A stretch of DNA of 23,297 nt from Gemmatimonadota bacterium (lineage in GTDB: Bacteria; Gemmatimonadota; Gemmatimonadetes; Gemmatimonadales; Gemmatimonadaceae). The notes beneath the pieces are model-generated. The model was not told the DNA's origin, ran no database searches, and was given only the letters and a program-made list of their open reading frames with translations. This document shows, piece by piece, positions 8,909-17,424 of the stretch. The stretch lies in the NCBI GenBank assembly GCA_031372565.1, contig JANMLN010000015.1, forward strand, positions 1-23,297. The letters are read 5' to 3'. Numbering within the stretch: the stretch's first letter is position 1; every line of letters starts with the position of its first letter. The position numbers and the translations under genes were made by a program.

Positions 8909-10090
8909 CTACGCCCGCTTCGCCCACTCCACCAACGCGAACGTCACCACACCGATCACGCCGCCCAGCACGTAACCGAGGATCACGATCAGGTTGAGCT
9001 CGCGTTGCGCGACCCCGCGCACGATCAGCTCCACGCGGTCCGGCTCGAACGCGTTGATGCGCCGCTCCACGATGCCCGGGATGTCCACGTGCGTCGCGAT
9101 GGTCTCGGCCTGCCCCAGGATCCACGCCCACAGCGTCGGTGAGAGCGACGCCGCGATCCGCTCCGCGGCATCCGGCGGTAACCACTGCCCAATCCGTCCC
9201 ACGGGTCGGTCGAGCAAGCCGGCCAGCCCCGATCCCAGCGCCTCGGCGGCCACGTCCCGCACGCGTGGCCCACGCGCCAGCTCGACGGCGACCTCGACGA
9301 TCGCGCCATCGTCGAGCGGCGCCAGCAAGTCGCCCCAGGTGCGATGCAGCACCCCTTCAAGCGCCGCCTCGACCTTCTCGACCAGGAACGCGCGTGACGA
9401 CTCGCCCTTGAGCGCGCGCAGCAAGCCGTCGGCCAGCCGTTCACCGACCGCGCGTGCCAATCGTCCCTCGCTTCCGCCCACGAGCGATCCGGCGCGTTGC
9501 GTGACCCAGATGCGAACGCCCTCGGCGAGCTCCCCCGAATCGAACAGGGCATCGACCCACTTGCGCGCCTGCGACAGGAGCGCATCGCGCCGCTCCGGGG
9601 TAAACACCGCGTGCACGGGATGCTGCGCGATCTCGGCGCGCGCGCGCGTAACCATGGCCGAGGCGCGCGACGCGAAGGCATCGCTCGCGGTGTAGGTCGC
9701 GAAACGGTCGGCGCCGCGCTCTGCGACATCACCGAGGGCCCGCTCGAGTTCGGCGAGCAGCGGCGGCGGCAGGATGGCCCGCGGAGCGCCGAGTTCCGTC
9801 TCCAGCACCTTGGCCACGGCACCCGCGAGCACGCGATCAAAGGCGGCGCGCAGTTCGGGCCGGTCCAGCTCGCCCGCGATGTCGCTCGGCGTCAACAGCC
9901 GCTCGCCGAGCGTCTTGGCCACGGCCCGCGCGAGACGGGCCTTGTTCTTGGGGATCGCGCCCTGAAAACCGAGCACGGGTTGCCGCGGCCGGAACAGCAG
10001 CCGCACCGACACGTCGGAGGTGAGGCCGCCGGAGACGGCACCCAGCACGACGTTCAGCGTGAACTGGAACCAGGTGCTGTTGGTATCCAC
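8909..10090 (-). CDS. DUF445-like membrane-anchored protein
   Basis: N-terminal hydrophobic segment, then LLFRP...QGAIPKNKARLA; C-terminal RELNLIVILGYVLGGVIG. GTG start 6 nt after the lon stop. Confidence 0.85.
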   Translation of the reverse strand: MDTNSTWFQFTLNVVLGAVSGGLTSDVSVRLLFRPRQPVLGFQGAIPKNKARLARAVAKTLGERLLTPSDIAGELDRPELRAAFDRVLAGAVAKVLETELGAPRAILPPPLLAELERALGDVAERGADRFATYTASDAFASRASAMVTRARAEIAQHPVHAVFTPERRDALLSQARKWVDALFDSGELAEGVRIWVTQRAGSLVGGSEGRLARAVGERLADGLLRALKGESSRAFLVEKVEAALEGVLHRTWGDLLAPLDDGAIVEVAVELARGPRVRDVAAEALGSGLAGLLDRPVGRIGQWLPPDAAERIAASLSPTLWAWILGQAETIATHVDIPGIVERRINAFEPDRVELIVRGVAQRELNLIVILGYVLGGVIGVVTFALVEWAKRA

Positions 10091-10096
10091 CAGGGC

Positions 10097-12415
10097 CTAG
10101 TCGGTGAGCAGGACGAGCGGGAGCACATCGTCCATGGTGGTCACGAAGGTGAACCGCATGTTGGTCCGCACCTCTTCCGGTACGTCCCGGAGGTCCTTCC
10201 GGTTTCCGTCCGGAAGAAGAACCTCGCGCAACCCGGCCCGATAGGCCGCGAGGATCTTCTCCTTGATCCCGCCGACTTCGAGCACCTTGCCCCGGAGCGT
10301 GACCTCACCGGTGACCCCGACGTCGCGCCGCACGGCCCGTCCCGAGAGCACGCTCGCAAGCGCAATCGTCACCGCGACTCCCGCCGAGGGCCCATCCTTG
10401 GGCACCGCCCCCTGCGGAAAGTGGATGTGCAGGTCGTAGCCGCGAATGTCGGCTTCGTTGATGTTGAGCTGCTGCGCCCGCGAGCGCACGAACGAATGCG
10501 CGGCGTCCACACTCTCGCGCATCACGTCGCCCAACTGACCGGTGACGGTGAGCTTGCCGGAGCCTGGCATGCGCAGCGCCTCGATCTCCATCAGGTCGCC
10601 ACCCGTCGCGGTCCACGCGAGTCCCGTGACCGTCCCCACCTCCGGAGCCTGTTCGGCCTCGGGCGCCGGCCACGCAGGCGCGCCGAGCAGCGCCTCGACG
10701 CGGGCATTGTCCATGACCCACGCGCCGTGCTCGTTGTCCGCCTTGGCGCGCGCGCGCTTGCGCATGACGCTCGCGAGCGTCCGCTCGAAGGTGCGGAGCC
10801 CGGCTTCGCGCGCGTAGCGCGTGGCCACGAACCCCAACACCTCATCCGTGAACTGGAGGTCGAGTTCCGTGAGGCCGTGCTCGTCGAGCAGGCGCGGCAG
10901 CAGATACCGCCACGCGATCTCGACCTTCTCCTCCACCGTGTATCCCGCGATGCGAATGACCTCGAGACGGTCGCGCAACGCGTCGGGAATGTCGAAGAGC
11001 GAATTGGCGGTGCAGATGAACAGCGCACTCGACAGGTCGAAGGGCAGATTCAGGTAGTGATCGGTGAAGCTCCTGTTCTGCGACGGGTCGAGCACTTCGA
11101 GCATCGCGGCGGCCGGATCGCCGGTGGCGCCGCCATTCGACATCTTGTCGACTTCATCGATCATGAGCACCGGGTCGCGCACGCCGGCGCGGCGCATGGC
11201 CTGCAGCACGAGTCCCGGCATGGCGCCCACATACGTGCGTCGATGCCCGCGAATCTCGGCTTCGTCGCGGACACCGCCCACGGAAATGCGATAGAACTGG
11301 CGGCCGATCGCGGCGGCAATCGCCTCGCCGAGCGATGTCTTGCCGGTGCCGGGCGGTCCGACGAAACAGAGAATCGGGCCGCCCGCGTCGCCCCCCTTGA
11401 GCTTGCGCACCGCGAGGTACTCGACGATGCGCTCCTTCGCTTCGCGAAGCCCCCAGTGCCGCCCGTCGAGCGCCGCCTCGACCACGCTCAAGTCGATGTC
11501 GTGCGCGCGCTCGGGCGTCGCCCACGGCAGGGCAAGCAACCAGTCGAGCCAGGCGCGCACGACGTGCGATTCGCTGGAGCTCGTGCCCAGGCCGCGCAGC
11601 CGTTCCACTTCGCGTCGTCCCTCGTCGGCGGCCGCGGCGCTCATGCCGGCCGCGTCGATCTTCTTGAGCAGCGTGAGCGCTTCGCGTTCGGCGGGGTCCG
11701 CTTCGCCAAGCTCCGCTTGAATGGTGCGCAGCTGCTGCCGGAGGATCTGCTGCCGTTGGTCGGCGGCGATCGAGTGCTCGGTCTTGGTGCGCACGTCGGC
11801 CAGCACGCGTGCCCGCACGAGCTCCTTCTCGAGGCGTGCCACGATGAACGCGAGCCGATCGGCCACGTCCACGCGTTGCAGCACCTGATCGCGATCGGCG
11901 ATCCGGAACTCGAGGTGCGTGGCGGCCAGGTCCGCGAACCGTGACGGGTCGGAGAGGTTCATGCGCAGCAGCTCGGCCGCTTCACGCGTGACACGCTCGC
12001 TGACCCCCGCCAACGACTCGGCAGCCGCCAGTGCGCGCGTCACGAGGGCGTCGGTGTCGCCGTCGGTGCGCGCCTGCGGAGGGGGGAGCACGCGCGCGAT
12101 CGGAAAGGGCGACTCGACCGTGATTTCGTCGATGATCACGCGGTGGAGCCCTTCGAGCGTCACCTGCACCGTGCCGCCGGGCAGGTTGATCCGCTCGTGC
12201 ACCCGCACCGCCACCGCCACGCGTCCCACGAACGACTGCGGGTCGGTCTCATCGGCTTCGCCCGCCGCGACCGCGAGCGCAACGACCAGCCCGGGTTCGG
12301 GGTTGGCGCGAAGCAAGGCCAGATTCTCCGGCGCCCCCATCTGCACCGCGATCGTCCCGAGCGGATAGACGAGCGTGGAGCGCAGCGCCAGCAGCGGCAG
12401 CTCGGTGGCGAGCAT
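10097..12415 (-). CDS. lon: ATP-dependent Lon protease
   Basis: [14 protein letters not shown]-domain, Walker [25 protein letters not shown], catalytic PKDGPSAG and GGIKEK. Start uncertain (12415 preferred; frame open to 12514). Confidence 0.96.
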   Translation of the reverse strand: MLATELPLLALRSTLVYPLGTIAVQMGAPENLALLRANPEPGLVVALAVAAGEADETDPQSFVGRVAVAVRVHERINLPGGTVQVTLEGLHRVIIDEITVESPFPIARVLPPPQARTDGDTDALVTRALAAAESLAGVSERVTREAAELLRMNLSDPSRFADLAATHLEFRIADRDQVLQRVDVADRLAFIVARLEKELVRARVLADVRTKTEHSIAADQRQQILRQQLRTIQAELGEADPAEREALTLLKKIDAAGMSAAAADEGRREVERLRGLGTSSSESHVVRAWLDWLLALPWATPERAHDIDLSVVEAALDGRHWGLREAKERIVEYLAVRKLKGGDAGGPILCFVGPPGTGKTSLGEAIAAAIGRQFYRISVGGVRDEAEIRGHRRTYVGAMPGLVLQAMRRAGVRDPVLMIDEVDKMSNGGATGDPAAAMLEVLDPSQNRSFTDHYLNLPFDLSSALFICTANSLFDIPDALRDRLEVIRIAGYTVEEKVEIAWRYLLPRLLDEHGLTELDLQFTDEVLGFVATRYAREAGLRTFERTLASVMRKRARAKADNEHGAWVMDNARVEALLGAPAWPAPEAEQAPEVGTVTGLAWTATGGDLMEIEALRMPGSGKLTVTGQLGDVMRESVDAAHSFVRSRAQQLNINEADIRGYDLHIHFPQGAVPKDGPSAGVAVTIALASVLSGRAVRRDVGVTGEVTLRGKVLEVGGIKEKILAAYRAGLREVLLPDGNRKDLRDVPEEVRTNMRFTFVTTMDDVLPLVLLTD

Positions 12416-12692
12416 GGTGGTGCTTGAGATGGACAATGCCCCTGTACGTCGCGTCAGCGAGGAGGATTGCGGCCGCGGACGACGGAGCGCAGCCGCCATG
12501 TGCCTCGGTCGCATGAACAGGTGAAGTCGGGAAACTTAGCACGCCATCGTGACGGCACGCGTTGCGTCTGAAGCGAAACCGCGCGCCGGGGATGGCCACC
12601 GCAATCGTGTGTGCGGTCGGGGCCGGGACGGCGGTCGGCGCCTGTCGGGACTGCGCCGAGGGGTGCACCGAGCAAATGGTCGCTTTGTGATA

Positions 12693-12723
12693 TTGAAGTA
12701 GAGAAGCAAACAGCTTGCATAAT
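12693..12723 (+). promoter_or_regulatory. Possible sigma70-type promoter for the lipase cassette
   Basis: TTGAAG (12693-12698) and CATAAT (12718-12723) in an AT-rich patch. The 19-nt spacer is suboptimal. Confidence 0.3.
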
Positions 12724-12828
12724 TCGAAGCGACAGTTCAGGGTCCCAAGCGGCACCCTCGTCAGCGCTGACTTGGGCGACCCTGCGGCGGCAGCCCCCCG
12801 ATAATCCGCCACCCGCATCAGCAATCTT

Positions 12829-12834
12829 GGAGGA
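12829..12834 (+). promoter_or_regulatory. Shine-Dalgarno site GGAGGA
   Basis: 7 nt upstream of ATG 12842. Confidence 0.7.
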
Positions 12835-12841
12835 TTGACTG

Positions 12842-14938
12842 ATGACGATGAATCGTCGTTTTGCCGTGCCACGCGCGGCCCTCGCCGGACTTGTTGCCTC
12901 GGCGCTCGCTTGCACTGATGTCAAGGTTCCAGCGGGTCCCTCCCAGCCCGAAGATCATGCGGGGGGCGCCGTCTGGGTGGAGCGCACCGGCGACGTCACC
13001 GTACGGGACGCGGGCATCGACCTGAACGATACCCACCTCGCGCTGGAAGTGATCGCCAACGTTGGCCTGACGATCTCCTCCGATACCCCGTTCGAGAATC
13101 CGCTCACGGGCGCGATGACCTACGAGTTTGTCTTCCCTGTTCGCGCGGAATCGCTGCATGTCGAAGCCGGGTTCGACGCTGCGGGTCGGGCGCACCTCAA
13201 CACGTACGACCTGGGCGCACCCGACTCGGTGCTCACGGCGAGCGAGCAGGTTCGCGGGACGCAGTCCATCGACGCGGCCCACGTAGCGATCGATGGTAGC
13301 GGGGCACCGTTCGTTCCGCCGACGATCGACGCACCGCCAGCGGGCGCCATGCTCGGGCTTCTGGGCGACGTCTCCGACCTGCCGATCGACGCGTACGTGG
13401 CGGGGGGCGGCGCGGGTGGCGGTGGCGGCGGTGGCGGTGGGGGCGGCGGTCGAGGTGACACCATCTTGATGATGATGCGCATGCCGGCCCCCGCGAACGA
13501 TGGGCGGTTCGCGTCGGTGCGATCGTTTCAAGATGCGCGGGGACAATTGCACGTCGTTCGGGAGCTCATGCGGTCCTCGGCGGAGCTGCCCGCCGTGCAG
13601 GTGGAGCAGCTGTTTCGGCTCCGCGGCGGCGGCTGGCGGCTGGCGCAGGTGACGGCCACGTCCGACCAAGTCGTCGGCAGGCGTCATCAAGTGGCGCGCT
13701 CCGTGACGCAGCTCCGCACGGTTCGGATGAAGTACAACCCGGCCAAGGCGCGCGAGCGTGCGCGGCGGCGCGAGAGTCGTCCACCACGGACCTCCCCGGT
13801 CGGATCGGCGCAGTCGCTCGTCATCAATCCCTGCATCAAGCGGATGGTGGGCGGCCGACCCGAGGCGGTGTCGAACCTGCGAACGGACTGCGGCACTTCC
13901 GGTGGTGGCCCCTCCGGCTTTGCGGGGACGCCGATCCCCGCAGCGGTGTGCACAGGCGGCGCGCCGGTCGAGCGGACGGGGACCGGGTCACGCAACGCCG
14001 TGCTCGTGCACGGGCTCGGCTCCAGTGCCTGCGCGTGGCAACCCATCGCCCCGAGCCTGCCGGTGAATGGTCGACTGCGGGCGGTCAGTCTTCCGTCGTT
14101 CAACTCGTACAGCGATCAGGCCGACTCCTTGCGCCGAACGCTGCTGGGGTGGGGGAACCCTCCAGGCGGTGCCCCGGTGTTGATCGGCCACAGTCAAGGG
14201 GGGGTGATCAGCCGGTTGGCGGCGCAGAGAAGCCCCGCGCTCGTCCGGGGGGTGCTCACCATCGGCACGCCAAACATGGGTGCGCCGTTCGCGCGTGATT
14301 GGCCGGTGTTCAGCTTCACCGCTGCCGCCACCGCCTCTGTGCTGATCCCGACGGTGGGCCCCGCCGTGTCGTCGGTGTTGGGCATCGGCACGACCCTTAC
14401 GTCACTGGCGCAGTGCCAAATCGGACAGGCGCTGTGCGATGCCAACCCGTCGAACGGCACGGTGGCGGGCATCAATAGTCCCAGCAATGCGTCACTGTCT
14501 GGCGCAGCCGTGGTGCATCACGCAGGCGACGATCGCCTGACGTACCGCACCTTCGGCGACTTCGCGAGCGATGGAGGCGGGCGAAGCGTGCACTCCACGA
14601 TCACCTCCGTGTATCGCGGCTCCATCGCGTGCGCCGTTGCCGGGGGCATCGTTGGGTTCCTCTGGGCACCGGCCTGGAACGCAGCCGCATACTGCGGTAC
14701 GGTGGTCGTGTCCATCGACGCGCTGGATTGGTCGTGGCAGCGCGCGGTGTCGGGCGGTGCGACCAGCGATGGGTTCATCCCGGTTTCGTCGCAGGAGTGG
14801 CCCGGGGTGAGCAACCCGAATCGCGTGAAGCGGGAAGACCAGCAGTTCCGGGTGCCGAATGGCGCGACGCATGCGGCGGAGTTGCGGGATGTGAGGACGA
14901 GCCTGGAGATCACCGCGGCTCTCACACGGTACTTTTGA
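12842..14938 (+). CDS. Lipoprotein with unknown N-terminal region, poly-Gly linker and C-terminal alpha/beta-hydrolase (lipase/PGAP1-like) domain; candidate effector
   Basis: Signal ending ALAC. VLVHGLGS oxyanion, LIGHSQGG nucleophile (14186-14200), TIGTPNMGAP, SDGFIP (Asp), THAAE (His). Confidence 0.8.
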   Translation: MTMNRRFAVPRAALAGLVASALACTDVKVPAGPSQPEDHAGGAVWVERTGDVTVRDAGIDLNDTHLALEVIANVGLTISSDTPFENPLTGAMTYEFVFPVRAESLHVEAGFDAAGRAHLNTYDLGAPDSVLTASEQVRGTQSIDAAHVAIDGSGAPFVPPTIDAPPAGAMLGLLGDVSDLPIDAYVAGGGAGGGGGGGGGGGGRGDTILMMMRMPAPANDGRFASVRSFQDARGQLHVVRELMRSSAELPAVQVEQLFRLRGGGWRLAQVTATSDQVVGRRHQVARSVTQLRTVRMKYNPAKARERARRRESRPPRTSPVGSAQSLVINPCIKRMVGGRPEAVSNLRTDCGTSGGGPSGFAGTPIPAAVCTGGAPVERTGTGSRNAVLVHGLGSSACAWQPIAPSLPVNGRLRAVSLPSFNSYSDQADSLRRTLLGWGNPPGGAPVLIGHSQGGVISRLAAQRSPALVRGVLTIGTPNMGAPFARDWPVFSFTAAATASVLIPTVGPAVSSVLGIGTTLTSLAQCQIGQALCDANPSNGTVAGINSPSNASLSGAAVVHHAGDDRLTYRTFGDFASDGGGRSVHSTITSVYRGSIACAVAGGIVGFLWAPAWNAAAYCGTVVVSIDALDWSWQRAVSGGATSDGFIPVSSQEWPGVSNPNRVKREDQQFRVPNGATHAAELRDVRTSLEITAALTRYF
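13403..13450 (+). repeat. GGN-codon low-complexity tract encoding GGGA(G)12
   Basis: 16 codons, 15 Gly, mixed GGC/GGT/GGG. Confidence 0.9.
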
Positions 14939-16092
14939 TGATGCGCTGCCTCCGTTCACCCTGGGGGGCCTCTTGCAGATGCGCGCTCCTTCTGCTCGCG
15001 ATGCTGCCGGGATGCCGGGATGCGACGGCGCCCGGCGGACGGCTCGCACCGGTCTGGAGTGCGCCGTTGGGCATGGGCCGATCCATCGAGGGCGCAGCTG
15101 ATGCCCTGCCCGCGGCAGATTCCGAGCTCGTGGTCTTTTCCGTGGCCCGAGGCGGCGAGGCGGTCGTTGTGGCGCTCGACGCGGCCACCGGCGCCAACCG
15201 ATGGGAGCGCGTGCTGCCCGGGCAGTCTTACGGCGCTTACAGCGAGCTGGTGCTCACCCCGTCGCGCGTCGTCCGGGCCACTCCGACCCGACTCACGGTG
15301 CTGGATCGCGCCGGGAGCATCCAGTGGGATTCGTCGTACACGGAAGTGGGGGGCGCGTCCGGTGTGCACGTCCGCGGCGACACGGTGCTCGTCGCCACCG
15401 GACGGACCGTGGCGGCGTGGCAGCTCTCGACGGGCGTGCGACTCTGGCGGCAGGACTATCCAGTGGACAGCGCGCTGGTGCGGCTGGGTGGCGTCACGCT
15501 GAGTGGCGACACCGTATACGTCTCGGGCACGCGCTTCTTCAGTGTGGGCGCCGACAAGCAGGGGGTTGTTCTGGCGCTGCGGCTGGGCGACGGCGTCGCT
15601 CTCTGGCGGGTGGAACCGCCCGTGTCGGAGTTCGCCAGCTTCACGAGCACTGCCAGCATCGCAGGCGCCATTCTGCTCCTCACGGACTTTGGCTCGGGCG
15701 GGGTGCAGGCGGTGGATCGCTTTGCACGGGTCCGCGTGTGGCGCACGGTGGGGCTCCCGTGCTGCGTAGGCGGCGTTGGGAGTCCGATCGTGGCCGGCAA
15801 CACGATGTACTACGCCGGTGGGGACGAAACCGTGCGCGCCCTAGACATCGCGACCGGAGCGGAACGCTGGCGTGCGCAGTCCGAAGGTCGTTTTCGGGCG
15901 CAGGCCGTTGCGTGTGGCGGCCGGATCTGGGCGACCAACTTCGCGCTGCGCGCGTACGACCTCGCCACCGGCGCCCCTCGCGGCGTTGCGCTGGATGGTC
16001 AGGAGGAGTTTGCGTCTTCAGGACTGGTCACCGCACGCGGGCTCGTGTTCGTGGCCTCCCAGCAGCGCTTCAACGCGTTCGCGTGCAACTGA
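14938..16092 (+). CDS. PQQ-like/BamB-like beta-propeller lipoprotein, copy 1 (candidate immunity protein)
   Basis: ATG overlaps the lipase stop (TGATG). Lipobox LPGC; repeated ALDxxTG...W tryptophan-docking motifs; 384 aa. Confidence 0.85.
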   Translation: MMRCLRSPWGASCRCALLLLAMLPGCRDATAPGGRLAPVWSAPLGMGRSIEGAADALPAADSELVVFSVARGGEAVVVALDAATGANRWERVLPGQSYGAYSELVLTPSRVVRATPTRLTVLDRAGSIQWDSSYTEVGGASGVHVRGDTVLVATGRTVAAWQLSTGVRLWRQDYPVDSALVRLGGVTLSGDTVYVSGTRFFSVGADKQGVVLALRLGDGVALWRVEPPVSEFASFTSTASIAGAILLLTDFGSGGVQAVDRFARVRVWRTVGLPCCVGGVGSPIVAGNTMYYAGGDETVRALDIATGAERWRAQSEGRFRAQAVACGGRIWATNFALRAYDLATGAPRGVALDGQEEFASSGLVTARGLVFVASQQRFNAFACN

Positions 16093-16102
16093 GCACGTTC
16101 GT

Positions 16103-17254
16103 ATGTCCGCTCTTCGGTCAGCCGAGATCCTCTCACGGACGCGCGCGTTCGCCCTGCTCGCGATTCTGCTGGGTTGCCGAGATGCGACGGCTCCCGGCGG
16201 TCGCCTCGCGGCCGTCTGGAGCGTACCGTTGGGAAGCGGCCGATCCATCGATGGTGGCGGCAACACCCTGCCTGCGGCCGACCATGACATGGTGGTCTTT
16301 TCGGTCGCGAAAGGCGGCGAGAACGTCGTCGTCGCGCTCGATGCGGCCACCGGCGCAAGCCGCTGGGACCGCGTGTTGCCCGGGCCTACGTTCGGCGGTT
16401 ACACCGAGCTGGTGCTCACCCCGACGCGGGTCGTGCGGGCCACGTCGACCCGGCTGACGGTGTTGGATCGCGTCGGAGGGATCCAGTGGGATTCGACGTA
16501 CGCGGAAGTGGGGGGCGTGTCCGGGCTGTACGTCCGCGGCGACACGGTGCTCGTCGCCACGGGACGGGCCGTTAGGGCCTGGCAGCTCTCGACTGGGGTG
16601 CGCCTCTGGCGGCAGGAGTATCCGGTTGACAGCGCACTGGTACGACTGGGGGGCGTCACGGTGAGCGGCGACACCGTGTACGCCTCGGGGACGCGCTTCT
16701 TCAGTGTGGGTGCGGACAAGCAGGGGGTCGTCCTGGCCTTGCGGCTGGGCGACGGCGTCCCCCTGTGGCGGGTGGAACCGCCCGTGTCGGAGTTCGCCAG
16801 CTTCAGGAGCACGGCCAGCATCGCCGGCTCCCTGCTGCTGCTCACGGACTTCGGTTCCGGCGGGGTGCAGGCGGTGGATCGCTTTGCGTCGGTCCGCGTG
16901 TGGCGCACGGTAGGCCTCCCGTGCTGCGTCGGCGGGATCGGTGCGCCGATTGTCGACGGCAACGCGTTGTACTATGCCGGTGGCGACGAAACCGTGCGCG
17001 CACTGGATGTGACGACGGGGCGCGAACGCTGGCGCGCGCAGTCCGAAGGTGGGTTTCGCGCCCAGCCCGTGACGTGTGGCGGCCGGATCTGGGCCACCAA
17101 CTTCGCCCTGCACGCGTACGACCTCGCCACCGGCGCCCGCCGCGGCCTCGCGCTGGATGGCCAAGAAGAGTTCGCGTCATCCGGGCTGGCCACCGCGCGC
17201 GGGCTCGTATTCGTGGCCTCCGAGCAGCGCTTCAACGCGTTTGCGTGCAACTGA
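16103..17254 (+). CDS. PQQ-like/BamB-like beta-propeller lipoprotein, copy 2
   Basis: ATG 10 nt after the copy 1 stop. Lipobox LLGC. About 55 differences in 359 mature residues versus copy 1, with no indels. Confidence 0.85.
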   Translation: MSALRSAEILSRTRAFALLAILLGCRDATAPGGRLAAVWSVPLGSGRSIDGGGNTLPAADHDMVVFSVAKGGENVVVALDAATGASRWDRVLPGPTFGGYTELVLTPTRVVRATSTRLTVLDRVGGIQWDSTYAEVGGVSGLYVRGDTVLVATGRAVRAWQLSTGVRLWRQEYPVDSALVRLGGVTVSGDTVYASGTRFFSVGADKQGVVLALRLGDGVPLWRVEPPVSEFASFRSTASIAGSLLLLTDFGSGGVQAVDRFASVRVWRTVGLPCCVGGIGAPIVDGNALYYAGGDETVRALDVTTGRERWRAQSEGGFRAQPVTCGGRIWATNFALHAYDLATGARRGLALDGQEEFASSGLATARGLVFVASEQRFNAFACN

Positions 17255-17280
17255 GCACGTGCCATCCAAGCCCGACGTTG

Positions 17281-17424
17281 GAGTGGCCAGGGGTGAATAG
17301 TCCAAATCGCGTCAAGCGGGAAGACCAGCAGTTCCGGGTACCGAATGGCGCAACGCACGCGGCGGAGTTGCGGGATGTGAGGACGATGAATCAGATCAGT
17401 CTCGCACTCGCGCGGTACTTCTAG
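17281..17424 (+). pseudogene. Orphan allelic copy of the last 47 codons plus stop of the lipase gene (repeat of 14795-14938)
   Basis: EWPGVNSPNRVKREDQQFRVPNGATHAAELRDVRTMNQISLALARYF* versus EWPGVSNPNRVKREDQQFRVPNGATHAAELRDVRTSLEITAALTRYF*; 39/47 identical, ungapped. Confidence 0.92.

Noticed and set aside
9497..11944. 815-aa + strand ORF
   Set aside because: Antisense shadow of lon and the DUF445-like gene.
12705..12790. c-di-GMP-I riboswitch (GCAAAC start)
   Set aside because: The GNRA-capped stem and GCAAA segment are not recognisable. Kept only as a generic structured leader.
14629..16102. ORF-track N-terminal extensions of propellers 1 and 2
   Set aside because: They overlap the upstream genes. 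Lipoprotein signals place the starts at 14938 and 16103.
14795..17424. Diversity-generating retroelement (orphan repeat as TR, lipase 3' end as VR)
   Set aside because: Only 5 of 10 mismatches in the first 105 nt are at adenines of the orphan, most changed codons are synonymous, and no reverse transcriptase is in the window.
16765..17424. 219-aa ORF as a real gene or frameshift fusion
   Set aside because: It is an alternative frame of propeller 2; only the last 47 aa are meaningful, and no slippery site was seen.
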